Part shown: positions 8,726-17,964 of the stretch, in pieces | How the letters are laid out: each line of letters starts with the position of its first letter | How positions within the stretch are numbered: position 1 is the first letter of the stretch | Assembly: GCA_041648895.1 (NCBI GenBank) | Contig: JBAZOB010000002.1 | Location: 826 to 64,825 of the forward strand | Source of the DNA: Patescibacteria group bacterium | Lineage (GTDB): Bacteria > Patescibacteriota > JAHJAL01 | Length of the DNA: 64,000 nucleotides | Direction: 5' to 3' | Program-made: the position numbers and the translations under genes | The notes under the pieces: generated by a model | Told to the model about the DNA's origin: nothing | Databases searched by the model: none | What the model saw: only the letters and a program-made list of their open reading frames with translations

Positions 8726-8837
8726 GCGATTATTGTCATTCTTGTCATTTGTGATTAATTCCATTATAGACAATTGAAAAAGAGGTTGAAACATGTTAAT
8801 ATCAATAAATGTTTAAACGTTAAAAAAATGGAAAAAT

Positions 8838-11672
8838 ATGATTGATAAAATTACCATCAAAGGGGCCAGGGAACACAATTTAAAGAATATTGATATCGAA
8901 ATTCCCAAAAACAAGTTAGTGGTTATCACCGGTCTATCCGGTTCCGGCAAATCTTCTTTAGCTTTTGACACCATCTATGCCGAAGGCCAAAGAAGATATG
9001 TAGAATCCCTGTCCGCCTACGCTCGCCAGTTTTTAGGCATCATGGAAAAGCCCGACGTTGACAAGATTGAAGGCTTGTCCCCGGCCATTTCCATCGATCA
9101 AAAATCCGCCTCTTCCAACCCTCGTTCCACTGTTGGCACCATTACGGAGATATACGACTATCTCCGTTTGTTATTTGCCCGAGTAGGGGAGCCGCATTGT
9201 CCGCAGTGTGGTCAACCCATTTCCTCGCAGACTATCAGTCAAATCGCCGATCAGGTATTGCAAATTCCCGCCAAAACCAAAATCGTTATTTTGGCGCCAT
9301 TGGTCATCGCTCAAAAAGGAGAGCATAAAAATACATTAGCGGAAATAAAAAAAGCCGGCTTTGTCCGTGTCCGCATCAATGGTGATATTTTAGACATCAA
9401 CGAAACCATTGTTTTAGATAAGCAAAAAAAACATACCATCGAAATCGTCGTTGATCGTTTGATTATTGATAAAAAAAATCTAGATTTTCGCACCCGACTG
9501 GTTGAATCACTAGAAACCGCTCTCAACTATGGTAATGGTCTGGTTAATGTATTATTGCTTGATAAAAATGAAATTCAAACTTTTTCGGAGCGCTTTGCCT
9601 GTCCGACTTGTGGCATCAATCTTCCCGAAATAAACCCGCGTATTTTTTCTTTCAACAATCCCCAGGGTGCCTGCCCTGGTTGTACCGGTTTAGGCACTCG
9701 CTTGGAAGTTGATACCGACCTGATCTTCCCTAATCCAAAATTAACTATCGCCGAAGGCGGCATTGGCCCCTGGAGCAAAACTTCCGGCCAGCAAAACTGG
9801 CACATGCGTATTTTGGGGACTGTGGCCGGGGCTCAGGGTTTTAATCTCGACACCCCCATCAATAAATTATCTGATAAAGTGATCGATATTATTCTTCATG
9901 GCACGGGCGACCAGAAATATTTAGTCAAAAATCCCACTCCCTACGGGAAAGTTAAAGAATATGAGACCAATTATGAAGGTGTCATTCCCTCCTTGTTACG
10001 TCAGCATCGAGATACTACCAGCGACTATGTCCGCCAGGAAATTGAAAAATACATGACTATCAAAGTTTGTCCAGTTTGTCAGGGTCGTCGTCTCAAACCC
10101 GAATCTTTGGCCGTGACCATTGCCAAAAAGAATATTATCGAAGTTACCGAAATGGATATCCGTTCCTTGGCCAAGTTTTTTGCGGGGCTAAAGTTAAATG
10201 AACAACAAACTCAAATTGCTCGCCAGATCCTCAAAGAAATCAACGAGCGAATCGGTTTTATGCTCAACGTTGGTTTAAGTTATCTGACCCTGCACCGTAC
10301 CGCCAACACTCTTTCCGGCGGGGAAGCCCAACGTATCCGCCTCGCCACCCAGATAGGTTCTTCCCTGACCGGTGTCATGTATATTCTCGATGAGCCATCC
10401 ATTGGCCTACACCAACGTGATAATAGTAAATTAATCGATACTCTGAAAGCATTACGCGACATTGGTAATTCGATTATTGTCGTCGAACATGACGAAGAAA
10501 CCATGTTGTCCGCCGACCAGTTGATCGATATCGGCCCGGGCGCCGGTACTCGCGGCGGAGAAGTGATTGCCCAAGGTACCCCCGCCGAAATCATGAAAAA
10601 CAAAAATTCTCTCACCGGCCAATATTTATCTGGAAAAAAGAGCATCGCCATCCCCAGTGGTCGGCGTAAATCCACCGGTAAATCGATTGAAATTATCGGC
10701 GCCACTGAACATAATCTACAAAATATTAATGTCAAAATCCCCCTTGGGCAATTTGTTTGTGTCACCGGCGTCTCCGGATCCGGCAAATCGACTCTGATCC
10801 ACAGCATTCTTTCTAAATACTTGGCCAAATACTTTTATCGCGCCAAAGAACGCCCTGGTAAATACAAAGAAATCAAAGGAGTGGCCAATATCGACAAAGT
10901 AGTTACCATTGATCAATCGCCCATTGGTCGTACCCCTCGCTCCAATCCAGCCACCTACACCGGCGCCTTTACCATTATTCGTGATCTATTTGCCAACACT
11001 CCCGAGGCCAAAATGCGCGGCTACAAAACCGGTCGTTTTTCCTTCAATGTCAAAGGTGGTCGCTGTGAAAACTGTCGTGGAGACGGTTCCATCAAAATTG
11101 AAATGCACTTTTTGCCCGATGTCTATATCAAATGTCCCGAATGCCAAGGCAAGCGTTACAACCTGGAGGCGCTGGAAATATTTTACAAAGGTAAAACCAT
11201 TGCCGACGTCCTGGAAATGACCGCCGAAGAGGCCTATACTTTTTTCAAAAACATTCCCGCCCTGGAACGCAAACTCAAAATCCTCAATGATGTTGGTTTG
11301 AGCTACTTACAGCTGGGCCAATCGGCCAATACCCTTTCCGGCGGTGAAGCCCAACGCATCAAACTAGCCTCCGAACTCTCCCGCCGCGCCACTGGCCGCA
11401 CCCTCTACATTCTCGACGAGCCCACCATTGGCCTACACTACGACGATGTGGCCAATCTCCTCAAGGTCCTGGCCCGCTTAATCCGTAAAGGCAACACCAT
11501 TTTGGTCATCGAACACAATCTCGATGTCATCAAAACAGCCGACCACATTATTGACCTTGGTCCCGAAGGCGGCGACCAAGGCGGCCGCATCATCGCCCAA
11601 GGTACTCCCGAAGAAGTGGCCAAAGTCAAAGAGTCCTATACCGGCCAGTATTTGCGGAAGATATTGAAGTAA
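8838..11672 (+). CDS. uvrA: Excinuclease ABC subunit A
   Basis: GLSGSGKS and GVSGSGKS Walker A motifs, two LSGGEAQRI, zinc fingers. Confidence 0.98.
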   Translation: MIDKITIKGAREHNLKNIDIEIPKNKLVVITGLSGSGKSSLAFDTIYAEGQRRYVESLSAYARQFLGIMEKPDVDKIEGLSPAISIDQKSASSNPRSTVGTITEIYDYLRLLFARVGEPHCPQCGQPISSQTISQIADQVLQIPAKTKIVILAPLVIAQKGEHKNTLAEIKKAGFVRVRINGDILDINETIVLDKQKKHTIEIVVDRLIIDKKNLDFRTRLVESLETALNYGNGLVNVLLLDKNEIQTFSERFACPTCGINLPEINPRIFSFNNPQGACPGCTGLGTRLEVDTDLIFPNPKLTIAEGGIGPWSKTSGQQNWHMRILGTVAGAQGFNLDTPINKLSDKVIDIILHGTGDQKYLVKNPTPYGKVKEYETNYEGVIPSLLRQHRDTTSDYVRQEIEKYMTIKVCPVCQGRRLKPESLAVTIAKKNIIEVTEMDIRSLAKFFAGLKLNEQQTQIARQILKEINERIGFMLNVGLSYLTLHRTANTLSGGEAQRIRLATQIGSSLTGVMYILDEPSIGLHQRDNSKLIDTLKALRDIGNSIIVVEHDEETMLSADQLIDIGPGAGTRGGEVIAQGTPAEIMKNKNSLTGQYLSGKKSIAIPSGRRKSTGKSIEIIGATEHNLQNINVKIPLGQFVCVTGVSGSGKSTLIHSILSKYLAKYFYRAKERPGKYKEIKGVANIDKVVTIDQSPIGRTPRSNPATYTGAFTIIRDLFANTPEAKMRGYKTGRFSFNVKGGRCENCRGDGSIKIEMHFLPDVYIKCPECQGKRYNLEALEIFYKGKTIADVLEMTAEEAYTFFKNIPALERKLKILNDVGLSYLQLGQSANTLSGGEAQRIKLASELSRRATGRTLYILDEPTIGLHYDDVANLLKVLARLIRKGNTILVIEHNLDVIKTADHIIDLGPEGGDQGGRIIAQGTPEEVAKVKESYTGQYLRKILK

Positions 11673-11693
11673 TTACCAATGGCAAACTTATCA

Positions 11694-11742
11694 TGTCATC
11701 CTGGACCCTAAGCGAGTCAGCGAGCGCTAGGGATCCAGGACC
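11694..11742 (+). repeat. TGTC-REP variant (CCTGGA/TCCAGG stem) after uvrA
   Basis: TGTCATCCTGGA-CCCTAAGCGAGTCAGCGAGCGCTAGGGA-TCCAGGA. Confidence 0.8.
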
Positions 11743-11947
11743 CCTTAACGCCCTTGCCATCTAATAAAATATGTGCTATTCTCAAAAAGTCCTTATTGCC
11801 GGAGATAAGGAATTTTTTTTATTAGAAAGGGGGAAAGTTGTCGTTAAAAACTGAATAAGTAAAAATTCTTCATAAGGGGTTTTCGCTCCGGCCAACTCTT
11901 TGTGAAGATGCTCTTATAAAATAAAAAAACAAGGAGGAATTTTTTTA

Positions 11948-12154
11948 ATGTTACTATCAGATGTTGGGCGAGAAAAATATCTCGCCAAAAAAGCAGAAAA
12001 AAGAAGAAAAAAAGAAGAGGAAAAAAGAAGAAAAGAAGAGGAAAAAAGAAGAACTGATAAGCAGAAAAACGGAAACGGAAAAAAGTTCACTGATCTGGGG
12101 GCATATGGCCTCTGGCGAGGGGACCTTTTAGAAGTTCCTCCTAATAACAATTAA
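11948..12154 (+). CDS. Small charged protein with EKRRK(K)EE repeats
   Basis: Strong AAGGAGG RBS; CCCGGGA/TCCCGGG-T4 hairpin at 12167-12194. Confidence 0.55.
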   Translation: MLLSDVGREKYLAKKAEKRRKKEEEKRRKEEEKRRTDKQKNGNGKKFTDLGAYGLWRGDLLEVPPNNN

Positions 12155-12235
12155 TACAAAAAAGATCCCGGGAGCAAAATGTTCCCGGGTTTTGTCATAT
12201 TAAATGGTATTTTTTTTCGACATCGATATTCTATC

Positions 12236-12292
12236 CAAAGCGTATCAAAGCGTGTCAAAGCGTTGAATATTGTTGTCTCGTATGCTAAAATT
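12236..12292 (+). promoter_or_regulatory. Three CAAAGCGT direct repeats at 10-bp period abutting a putative promoter
   Basis: Repeats at 12236, 12246, 12256; TTGAAT-N17-TAAAAT with TG extension. Confidence 0.5.
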
Positions 12293-12319
12293 ATCTACGT
12301 CTTTATTATTCTCACTATC

Positions 12320-12433
12320 TGTCATCCCCGCCTTGAGCGGGGAACCCATCATCAAGAATATAATCAGCGCGTTGCATAAGAGATCCCCGCTCAAGGCGGG
12401 GATGACATGAACCTTAGTTAATTAGAACAACTC
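12320..12433. repeat. Inverted REP doublet followed by one MITE-type end (TAATTAGAACAACTC)
   Basis: TGTCATCCCCGCCTTGAGCGGGGA...GATCCCCGCTCAAGGCGGGGATGACA; spacer homologous to that of the 2358 cluster. Confidence 0.88.
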
Positions 12434-12461
12434 ATTAATTATCTATTAATTATCCGAAGTT

Positions 12462-12791
12462 ATGAAAAGTACACCCGGCGAATCTTTACCAGACAATGGC
12501 GAATCTTTACCAGACAATAAAGAAGGCATTGATTACGATATCGACAACCGATATTCCATTCTAGGCATGCTCATCAGTAAAAAAGAGCCAGCTTCACCCT
12601 ACCTGAACAGTATTAAAGAGGCAATAAGCGGTCAAAACCGCGACTCGGGACCGCTGGAGCCCGACGAGGCTATCAAAGGAATGCTAGAAATGGTTACTGC
12701 TAACAAAAACAGAATATCACTATTGAAAAAAGAAATTGAGTTATTGGAAAAAAACACCAAAGAACTGGAAGATTATATTAGAGATTTCTAA
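12462..12791 (+). CDS. Hypothetical protein with C-terminal coiled coil and a 21-nt tandem duplication
   Basis: GGCGAATCTTTACCAGACAAT x2 (GESLPDN x2) at 12477-12518. Confidence 0.6.
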   Translation: MKSTPGESLPDNGESLPDNKEGIDYDIDNRYSILGMLISKKEPASPYLNSIKEAISGQNRDSGPLEPDEAIKGMLEMVTANKNRISLLKKEIELLEKNTKELEDYIRDF

Positions 12792-12819
12792 AACTACACA
12801 TTAAGATGTTTTTTATCAC

Positions 12820-12858
12820 AAAAAAAGAAACCTGTTACTCTAACCGGTTTCTTTTTTT
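12820..12858. terminator. Bidirectional terminator
   Basis: A-run AAGAAACC...GGTTTCTT T-run between convergent genes. Confidence 0.7.
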
Positions 12859-12883
12859 ATGTCCAATTAAAAACAAAAAACAA

Positions 12884-13426
12884 CTATTTTTTCTCCACAA
12901 TCACCCCATATCTCCCATCCGACTTCTTGTAAACCGTATTTGTCCGGCCAGTTTCGTTGTTGGTAAACACATAAAAATCCTGCTGCAATAAATTCATTTG
13001 TTCTTTGGCTTCATCCAGACTCATCGGTTCCTGCTCAACCTCATATGTATATTCATATTCGCCCTCGGTGTCCACCGGCGGCTGACTTTCCATCTGCCGC
13101 AAATGTTCCTTGCTCTGCCTGGCTTCATCAATAATCTTTTCTTTCAATCCCTTGATTTGCGCTGACATGGCCGCCTCCGCCAAATCAATCGCTTCAAACA
13201 ATTCCTGCCCTCGTTGTCGATCCACTCGAATTTTACGTCCCGGCAGAGAAACCAAGATTTCGCAAGAAAAATCCTTACCGTCGTCCCGTTTATCCTCAAA
13301 CTCCAATTCCACCCGCAAAATAATCACGTTACCAAAATATTTCTCCGCCCGGGCCAACTTTTCTTCCACGTAGGCTCTTACATCTGGCGTCATGTCAAAA
13401 TTGCGCGATGACAAAATAAGCTGCAT
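12884..13426 (-). CDS. hpf: Ribosome hibernation promoting factor (long HPF/RaiA)
   Basis: YVEEKL, LFEAIDLA, C-terminal PMSLDEAKEQMNLL...FYVF...VYKKSDGRYG. Confidence 0.9.
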   Translation of the reverse strand: MQLILSSRNFDMTPDVRAYVEEKLARAEKYFGNVIILRVELEFEDKRDDGKDFSCEILVSLPGRKIRVDRQRGQELFEAIDLAEAAMSAQIKGLKEKIIDEARQSKEHLRQMESQPPVDTEGEYEYTYEVEQEPMSLDEAKEQMNLLQQDFYVFTNNETGRTNTVYKKSDGRYGVIVEKK

Positions 13427-13445
13427 GATATACCTCCAATTATAA

Positions 13446-14690
13446 TTAATTGATTATTTTCTTAAAACCGCAATACTCTTGCAAAGCCTTGGGTATGGCC
13501 ACGCTACCATCTGCTTGTTGATAATTTTCCAAGATGGCCAGGGGAAAACGGGAATTAGTCATGGCGGTGCCATTGACGGTGTGGACAAATTTATTTTCAC
13601 CAGCAGCGTTTTTGTATCTGACGTTCATACGCCGCGCCTGATAGTCGGTGGCGTTGGAGGTGCTGGTAATTTCCCGATATTCTCCCAAACTGGGCACCCA
13701 GGCTTCAATATCAAACGATTTGGAGTAGGGGGCACCAATATCACCGGCGCAGATCGCCACCAGTCGATAGGGGATTTCCAATTCCTGCAAAATTTCTTCT
13801 TCAATCGCCAAAAATTCCTGATGCGTGGCTTCGCTCTCTTCCGGCCGAGTAAAAGCAAACATCTCCACTTTGGTAAACTGATGCATCCGATACAAACCTT
13901 TGGCATATTTACCATAGCTACCCGATTCCACGCGGAAACAATGCGATAACCCCACATATTTTTTTGGCAATTCATCTTCAGCCAATATCTCGTCCCGATG
14001 GTACCCAGCCAAGGTAATTTCAGCCGTACCGATCAAACTCAAATCTTGCTTTTCAATACTGTATATCTGGGCTTCATCACCGCGAGGGGCAAACCCGGTA
14101 CTGTGGCAAACCTCATCTTTGGCCATATCCGGCGTTGCCATCAGCGTAAAACCTTTTTTAAATAATTTTTCTAAGGCAAATTTCTGCAAAGCTAAATCCA
14201 GTAGTACTAATTGATTTTTAGCATAATAAAAGGCGCTGCCGGCCACTTTGGCGGCGCGCTCAAAATCGACTAGATCCAAAGCTTCAGCAATCTGTAAATG
14301 GTCCTTGATCTCAAAATCAAAACTTCTCACCTCTCCCACTTGTTTGATTTCCGGATTATCTTTGTCGCTTTTCCCATCCGGCGTATCATCTGACAAAATA
14401 TTGGGCAATTCCCACAATATTTCATCATAAATATGATCAATCTCGGCCAACTTCTTTTCTTCGGTTTCAATTTCTTTCTTGATTGTCTGTAATTTAACAA
14501 TTTCCGCTTGACTAGGTTTTTTCCCGACTTTATTTCTCTCGGCCTTCAATTTATCAATCGCCGTCATCAATTCCCGCTTTTGTTCATCAATCTCCAACAA
14601 ATTGTCAACCGATATCAAATCTTTACCACGTCTCTCTAAACTTTTTTTAACTATTTCCGGATTCTCCCGGATAAATTTTATGTCTAACAT
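13446..14690 (-). CDS. serS: Serine--tRNA ligase
   Basis: MLDIKFIREN, GTAEI, CFRVESG, GLYRMHQFTKVE, HTVNGT. Confidence 0.97.
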   Translation of the reverse strand: MLDIKFIRENPEIVKKSLERRGKDLISVDNLLEIDEQKRELMTAIDKLKAERNKVGKKPSQAEIVKLQTIKKEIETEEKKLAEIDHIYDEILWELPNILSDDTPDGKSDKDNPEIKQVGEVRSFDFEIKDHLQIAEALDLVDFERAAKVAGSAFYYAKNQLVLLDLALQKFALEKLFKKGFTLMATPDMAKDEVCHSTGFAPRGDEAQIYSIEKQDLSLIGTAEITLAGYHRDEILAEDELPKKYVGLSHCFRVESGSYGKYAKGLYRMHQFTKVEMFAFTRPEESEATHQEFLAIEEEILQELEIPYRLVAICAGDIGAPYSKSFDIEAWVPSLGEYREITSTSNATDYQARRMNVRYKNAAGENKFVHTVNGTAMTNSRFPLAILENYQQADGSVAIPKALQEYCGFKKIIN

Positions 14691-15469
14691 AACATTTGTT
14701 GATTAATCTTCCCAATAATTTTATTATGTATTACCTCATCATTACTGGCCAATATCTGCTTATCATCAAATTTCCACTCCTGCCCTTGCCAATTAGTCAC
14801 TGCCCCGCCGGCTTCCTGGATTAGTAATATCCCTGCCGCTACGTCCCAAATCCGTGCCTTGTCCAATAGGTAGCTATTTAGACGCCCAACCGCCACATAG
14901 GCCAAAGCCAACTCCGCCGAGGCCATTTCTAATTTTACATGATTATTAGGCAAATCGGGAGTATAATCCAAAACATGTTGACAGCGAGTCTGATTAGTAT
15001 AACCGCCAAAAACTGACTTTGTTACTTGATTCTCCGGCCAACCCTCAATTTTCTTATCATTCAGCCACACCCCGTCACCTTTTTGCCCCCAAAACATTTC
15101 TTGGGTAATCGGGTTATAAACCACCCCCAGCAGCAATTGTTGGCCACGAGACAAAGCAATTGAAACACAAAAAAATGGATTATAAAAATAATAATTACTC
15201 GTGCCGTCCAGCGGATCAATTATCCATAAGTAATCATCCGGGTTATCCTCGATACCACTTTCTTCTGCCAAAAAATCATGATCAGGAAAATTATCTCTGA
15301 TCGTTTTTTTAATAATAATTTCGCTATCAATATCGTCCTGCAAATGCAGCCCAGTCTCGTTTCTTTCCAACACCACTCGTTTTTGGTAAAATCTTAATTT
15401 TAATAAATCACCCGCCCGCTTGGCCGCTTCTTTGGCTACCTCCAAATATTTCTTATCGTTTGCTTCCAT
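14684..15469 (-). CDS. Inositol monophosphatase family protein (SuhB-like)
   Basis: AEE, WIIDPLDGTSNY, WDVAAG; start placed at MEANDKK. Confidence 0.88.
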   Translation of the reverse strand: MEANDKKYLEVAKEAAKRAGDLLKLRFYQKRVVLERNETGLHLQDDIDSEIIIKKTIRDNFPDHDFLAEESGIEDNPDDYLWIIDPLDGTSNYYFYNPFFCVSIALSRGQQLLLGVVYNPITQEMFWGQKGDGVWLNDKKIEGWPENQVTKSVFGGYTNQTRCQHVLDYTPDLPNNHVKLEMASAELALAYVAVGRLNSYLLDKARIWDVAAGILLIQEAGGAVTNWQGQEWKFDDKQILASNDEVIHNKIIGKINQQMLC

Positions 15470-15502
15470 ATAAATATTATAAATCATTCACCCCTAATTA
15501 AA

Positions 15503-15670
15503 AATTACAAATTTACGAGTGGCGTGAACTAGTTCTAATATCATCCTAATTATTGGTTTATAACCTGTATGAGCGTGCATAAATAATACTGACCTAGCCT
15601 GAGCGAGTTTTATAAACCAATAATTAGGATGATATTAGAACTAGTTCACGCCACTCGTAAATTTGTAATT
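15503..15670. mobile_element. Long hairpin element copy 1: perfect 61-bp inverted repeat around a 46-nt loop
   Basis: 15503-15563 is the exact reverse complement of 15610-15670. Confidence 0.85.
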
Positions 15671-15730
15671 ATCCCATTTTTAATCTACAATATATCAACG
15701 TAATAAATATTAAGGACTACGCGTTTATTT

Positions 15731-16945
15731 ATGGAGGTGAATAAAAAGCATAGCTTTTTTGACACGTTTGTCTATGGCAGTATTCTCATACTGTCGACTT
15801 TTGTTGTCTTTTTTTCCACCCCGGCCTCCCTGCCGGCCCAAGCTAGTCAATCCGGTTGTCAGGCCGATAATTGCCTATTTACCACCAGTATTTTACATCG
15901 AGCCACCAAGATGGAAATTGATAATCAAGGTCAATATTCAACTTTTATCACTCGCCAGGAGTTACTCAATGATGGCCTCAAAGAAGCCGGTCTTGACATG
16001 AGTAGCGGTATCGTCAGTAATCCGCATCGCTATACCGAGCTCAATGGGGGAGATATCAAAGTATCAATTGCCGTCGCTATTATCCCCGTCAAAATTATTG
16101 ACCAAAATCGGGCTTACACTGTCACCACCTCCTATTCCACCGTTAAAAATATTCTTTACGCCTGCAATATTGAGCTTAATTCCAAAGATAAAGTCTATCC
16201 CGCTCTCGATACTCTAGTTACAGCCGGCTCCAATATTGTCATTGACCGCGCGGTGTCCGTCGAAATTGCCTATGGGGAAAAAACCTTCAATTTAGCCACT
16301 CAAGCCGACAACGTCTCGGAAGTGATGGCTGAAGCCAAAGAGGAATTAGATTTACCGGCCGAATTAACCAATCACAATCTTGATCATGATGTATATGCCG
16401 GTCAGAAAATCAGTCTGGTCAAAATAGATGAATCAGAAACCACCGAATTTGAAACTATTAAGCCCGAGACCCAATATCAAAATGATTGGGATATGACAGT
16501 CGGGGAAGAGCAAGTTATCTCTTTGGGTGTCGCCGGCGAAATCATGAAAAAGTATCATTTGACCTTAGAAAACGGTGTAGAAATCAGCCGGGAATTAATC
16601 AGTGAAGAAATAACCAGACCATCCGAACCGACCATAATTGCCGTTGGACAAAAACAACCAGCGGTCACCGCTCCCGCTGATAACTATGCCGCCAGCGGTG
16701 GCCAAGTTGGTACCGCCAGCTGGTATTATCATGGCGACGCTCCGGCCGCGGCCCACCGTGATTTTCCCCGCGGCACCAATTTGCTTGTCACCAATAACTC
16801 CACCGGCGCTTCAGTTGTAGTCGTCGTCAACGATTATGGCCCGGCCCTCTGGACCGGCCGCGTCATTGACCTCAATTCCGTCGCCTTCGCCGCCATCGCC
16901 CCACTAGGACAGGGTTTAGTCGAAGTGACGGTCACACCTTTATAA
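15731..16945 (+). CDS. YabE/RpfB-like cell-wall protein: ubiquitin-like (DUF348) repeats, G5 domain, RlpA-like DPBB domain
   Basis: N-terminal TM; G5-like IIAVG; C-terminal GTASWY, AAHRDFPRGT, VNDYGP, RVIDL; lies upstream of rsmA. Confidence 0.85.
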   Translation: MEVNKKHSFFDTFVYGSILILSTFVVFFSTPASLPAQASQSGCQADNCLFTTSILHRATKMEIDNQGQYSTFITRQELLNDGLKEAGLDMSSGIVSNPHRYTELNGGDIKVSIAVAIIPVKIIDQNRAYTVTTSYSTVKNILYACNIELNSKDKVYPALDTLVTAGSNIVIDRAVSVEIAYGEKTFNLATQADNVSEVMAEAKEELDLPAELTNHNLDHDVYAGQKISLVKIDESETTEFETIKPETQYQNDWDMTVGEEQVISLGVAGEIMKKYHLTLENGVEISRELISEEITRPSEPTIIAVGQKQPAVTAPADNYAASGGQVGTASWYYHGDAPAAAHRDFPRGTNLLVTNNSTGASVVVVVNDYGPALWTGRVIDLNSVAFAAIAPLGQGLVEVTVTPL

Positions 16946-16968
16946 TCAATGAATAATTAATAATGAAT

Positions 16969-17126
16969 GAGTTGTACTAATTAGTCGTTCCCCTGTCATC
17001 CCCGACCGGAAGCGGAGCGCTCCGGTTATCGGGGATCTCATCAATAAGACGTTTAACAAAACTTAATGATGAGATCCCCGCTCAAGGCGGGGATGACATG
17101 AGGGAGATGTTTAATTAGCACAACTC
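16969..17126. mobile_element. 158-bp MITE-like element (GAG...CTC ends) carrying an inverted REP doublet, copy 1
   Basis: Ends GAGTTGTACTAATTA / TAATTAGCACAACTC; near-identical copy at 50637-50794. Confidence 0.88.
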
Positions 17127-17160
17127 ATTCATTATTAATTATTCATTATTAATTATTTAC

Positions 17161-17928
17161 GTGCCCAAATTTTCCCAAAATTTTTTAATTGACACACGAG
17201 TGCTGCCAAAAATGATTCAGGCAGCTTCTTTAAATAAAGATGACGTCGTCATTGAAATCGGGCCGGGTAGGGGAGTCTTGACTAAAAAATTATGCGCCGT
17301 GGCCAAACAAGTTATCGCCATAGAAATTGATGCCACTTTAGCCCCCAAACTGCAAGATATACAAAACGAATATTCCAATTTGAAAATTATCTATGGTGAT
17401 TTTACTACATTTAATTGGCGATCATTGGTAGTCGGTAACAATTTCAAAATTTTAGCCAATATCCCCTATCATATTTCCGGCTTGATTATTCGCACAATAT
17501 TTGACACTGATCAAAAACTGCCCACCGACGTTGTTCTGATGATGCAATATGAAGTCGTCAAAAAGATAGTCACCAAACCTGATGATCGGACTGTCCTTTC
17601 TAACTTAATCGAATTGTTCGGTCAGCCCAAAATAGTGGCTAAAGTCGATAAAAAGTCCTTCCGTCCCACTCCAAAAGTTGACTCCGCCGTTGTCGCTATC
17701 AATAATATCAAAAAGCCCAATGTAGACGATTTTGATCAATTCTTCCGTATTATCAAAATTGGCTTTTCCCAGCGCCGCAAGACCATTCTTAATAATCTTT
17801 CGCACGGTCTAAAAATCGACAAAACAACAACCCGAGAATTATTATCACAAGCCAATATTGATCCAACTCGCCGCGCCCAGACCCTTTCCCTGGAGGAATG
17901 GAAAAGGTTATACTTATACATTAGATAA
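17161..17928 (+). CDS. rsmA: 16S rRNA m6,2A dimethyltransferase
   Basis: SQNFL, EIGPGRG, ANIPYHI, FRPTPKVDS, FSQRRKT. Confidence 0.95.
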   Translation: MPKFSQNFLIDTRVLPKMIQAASLNKDDVVIEIGPGRGVLTKKLCAVAKQVIAIEIDATLAPKLQDIQNEYSNLKIIYGDFTTFNWRSLVVGNNFKILANIPYHISGLIIRTIFDTDQKLPTDVVLMMQYEVVKKIVTKPDDRTVLSNLIELFGQPKIVAKVDKKSFRPTPKVDSAVVAINNIKKPNVDDFDQFFRIIKIGFSQRRKTILNNLSHGLKIDKTTTRELLSQANIDPTRRAQTLSLEEWKRLYLYIR

Positions 17929-17964
17929 TTTAAAATTTTAAATTTAAAATTTAAAATTTTATAT

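Noticed and set aside
9311-11629. Numerous antisense or out-of-frame ORFs within uvrA and other long genes
   Set aside because: Fully nested in well-conserved genes, with no motifs or RBS; expected shadow ORFs.
15503-15670. Integron attC or dif site
   Set aside because: TAAC...GTT borders the loop, but there is no proper RYYYAAC/GTTRRRY pair or extrahelical-base pattern, no XerD arm, no cassette array and no integrase.
16969-16985. Assignment of the MITE ends to a named IS family (vague IS1595/IS1016 resemblance)
   Set aside because: Recall-level similarity only; no transposase and no direct target duplication here.
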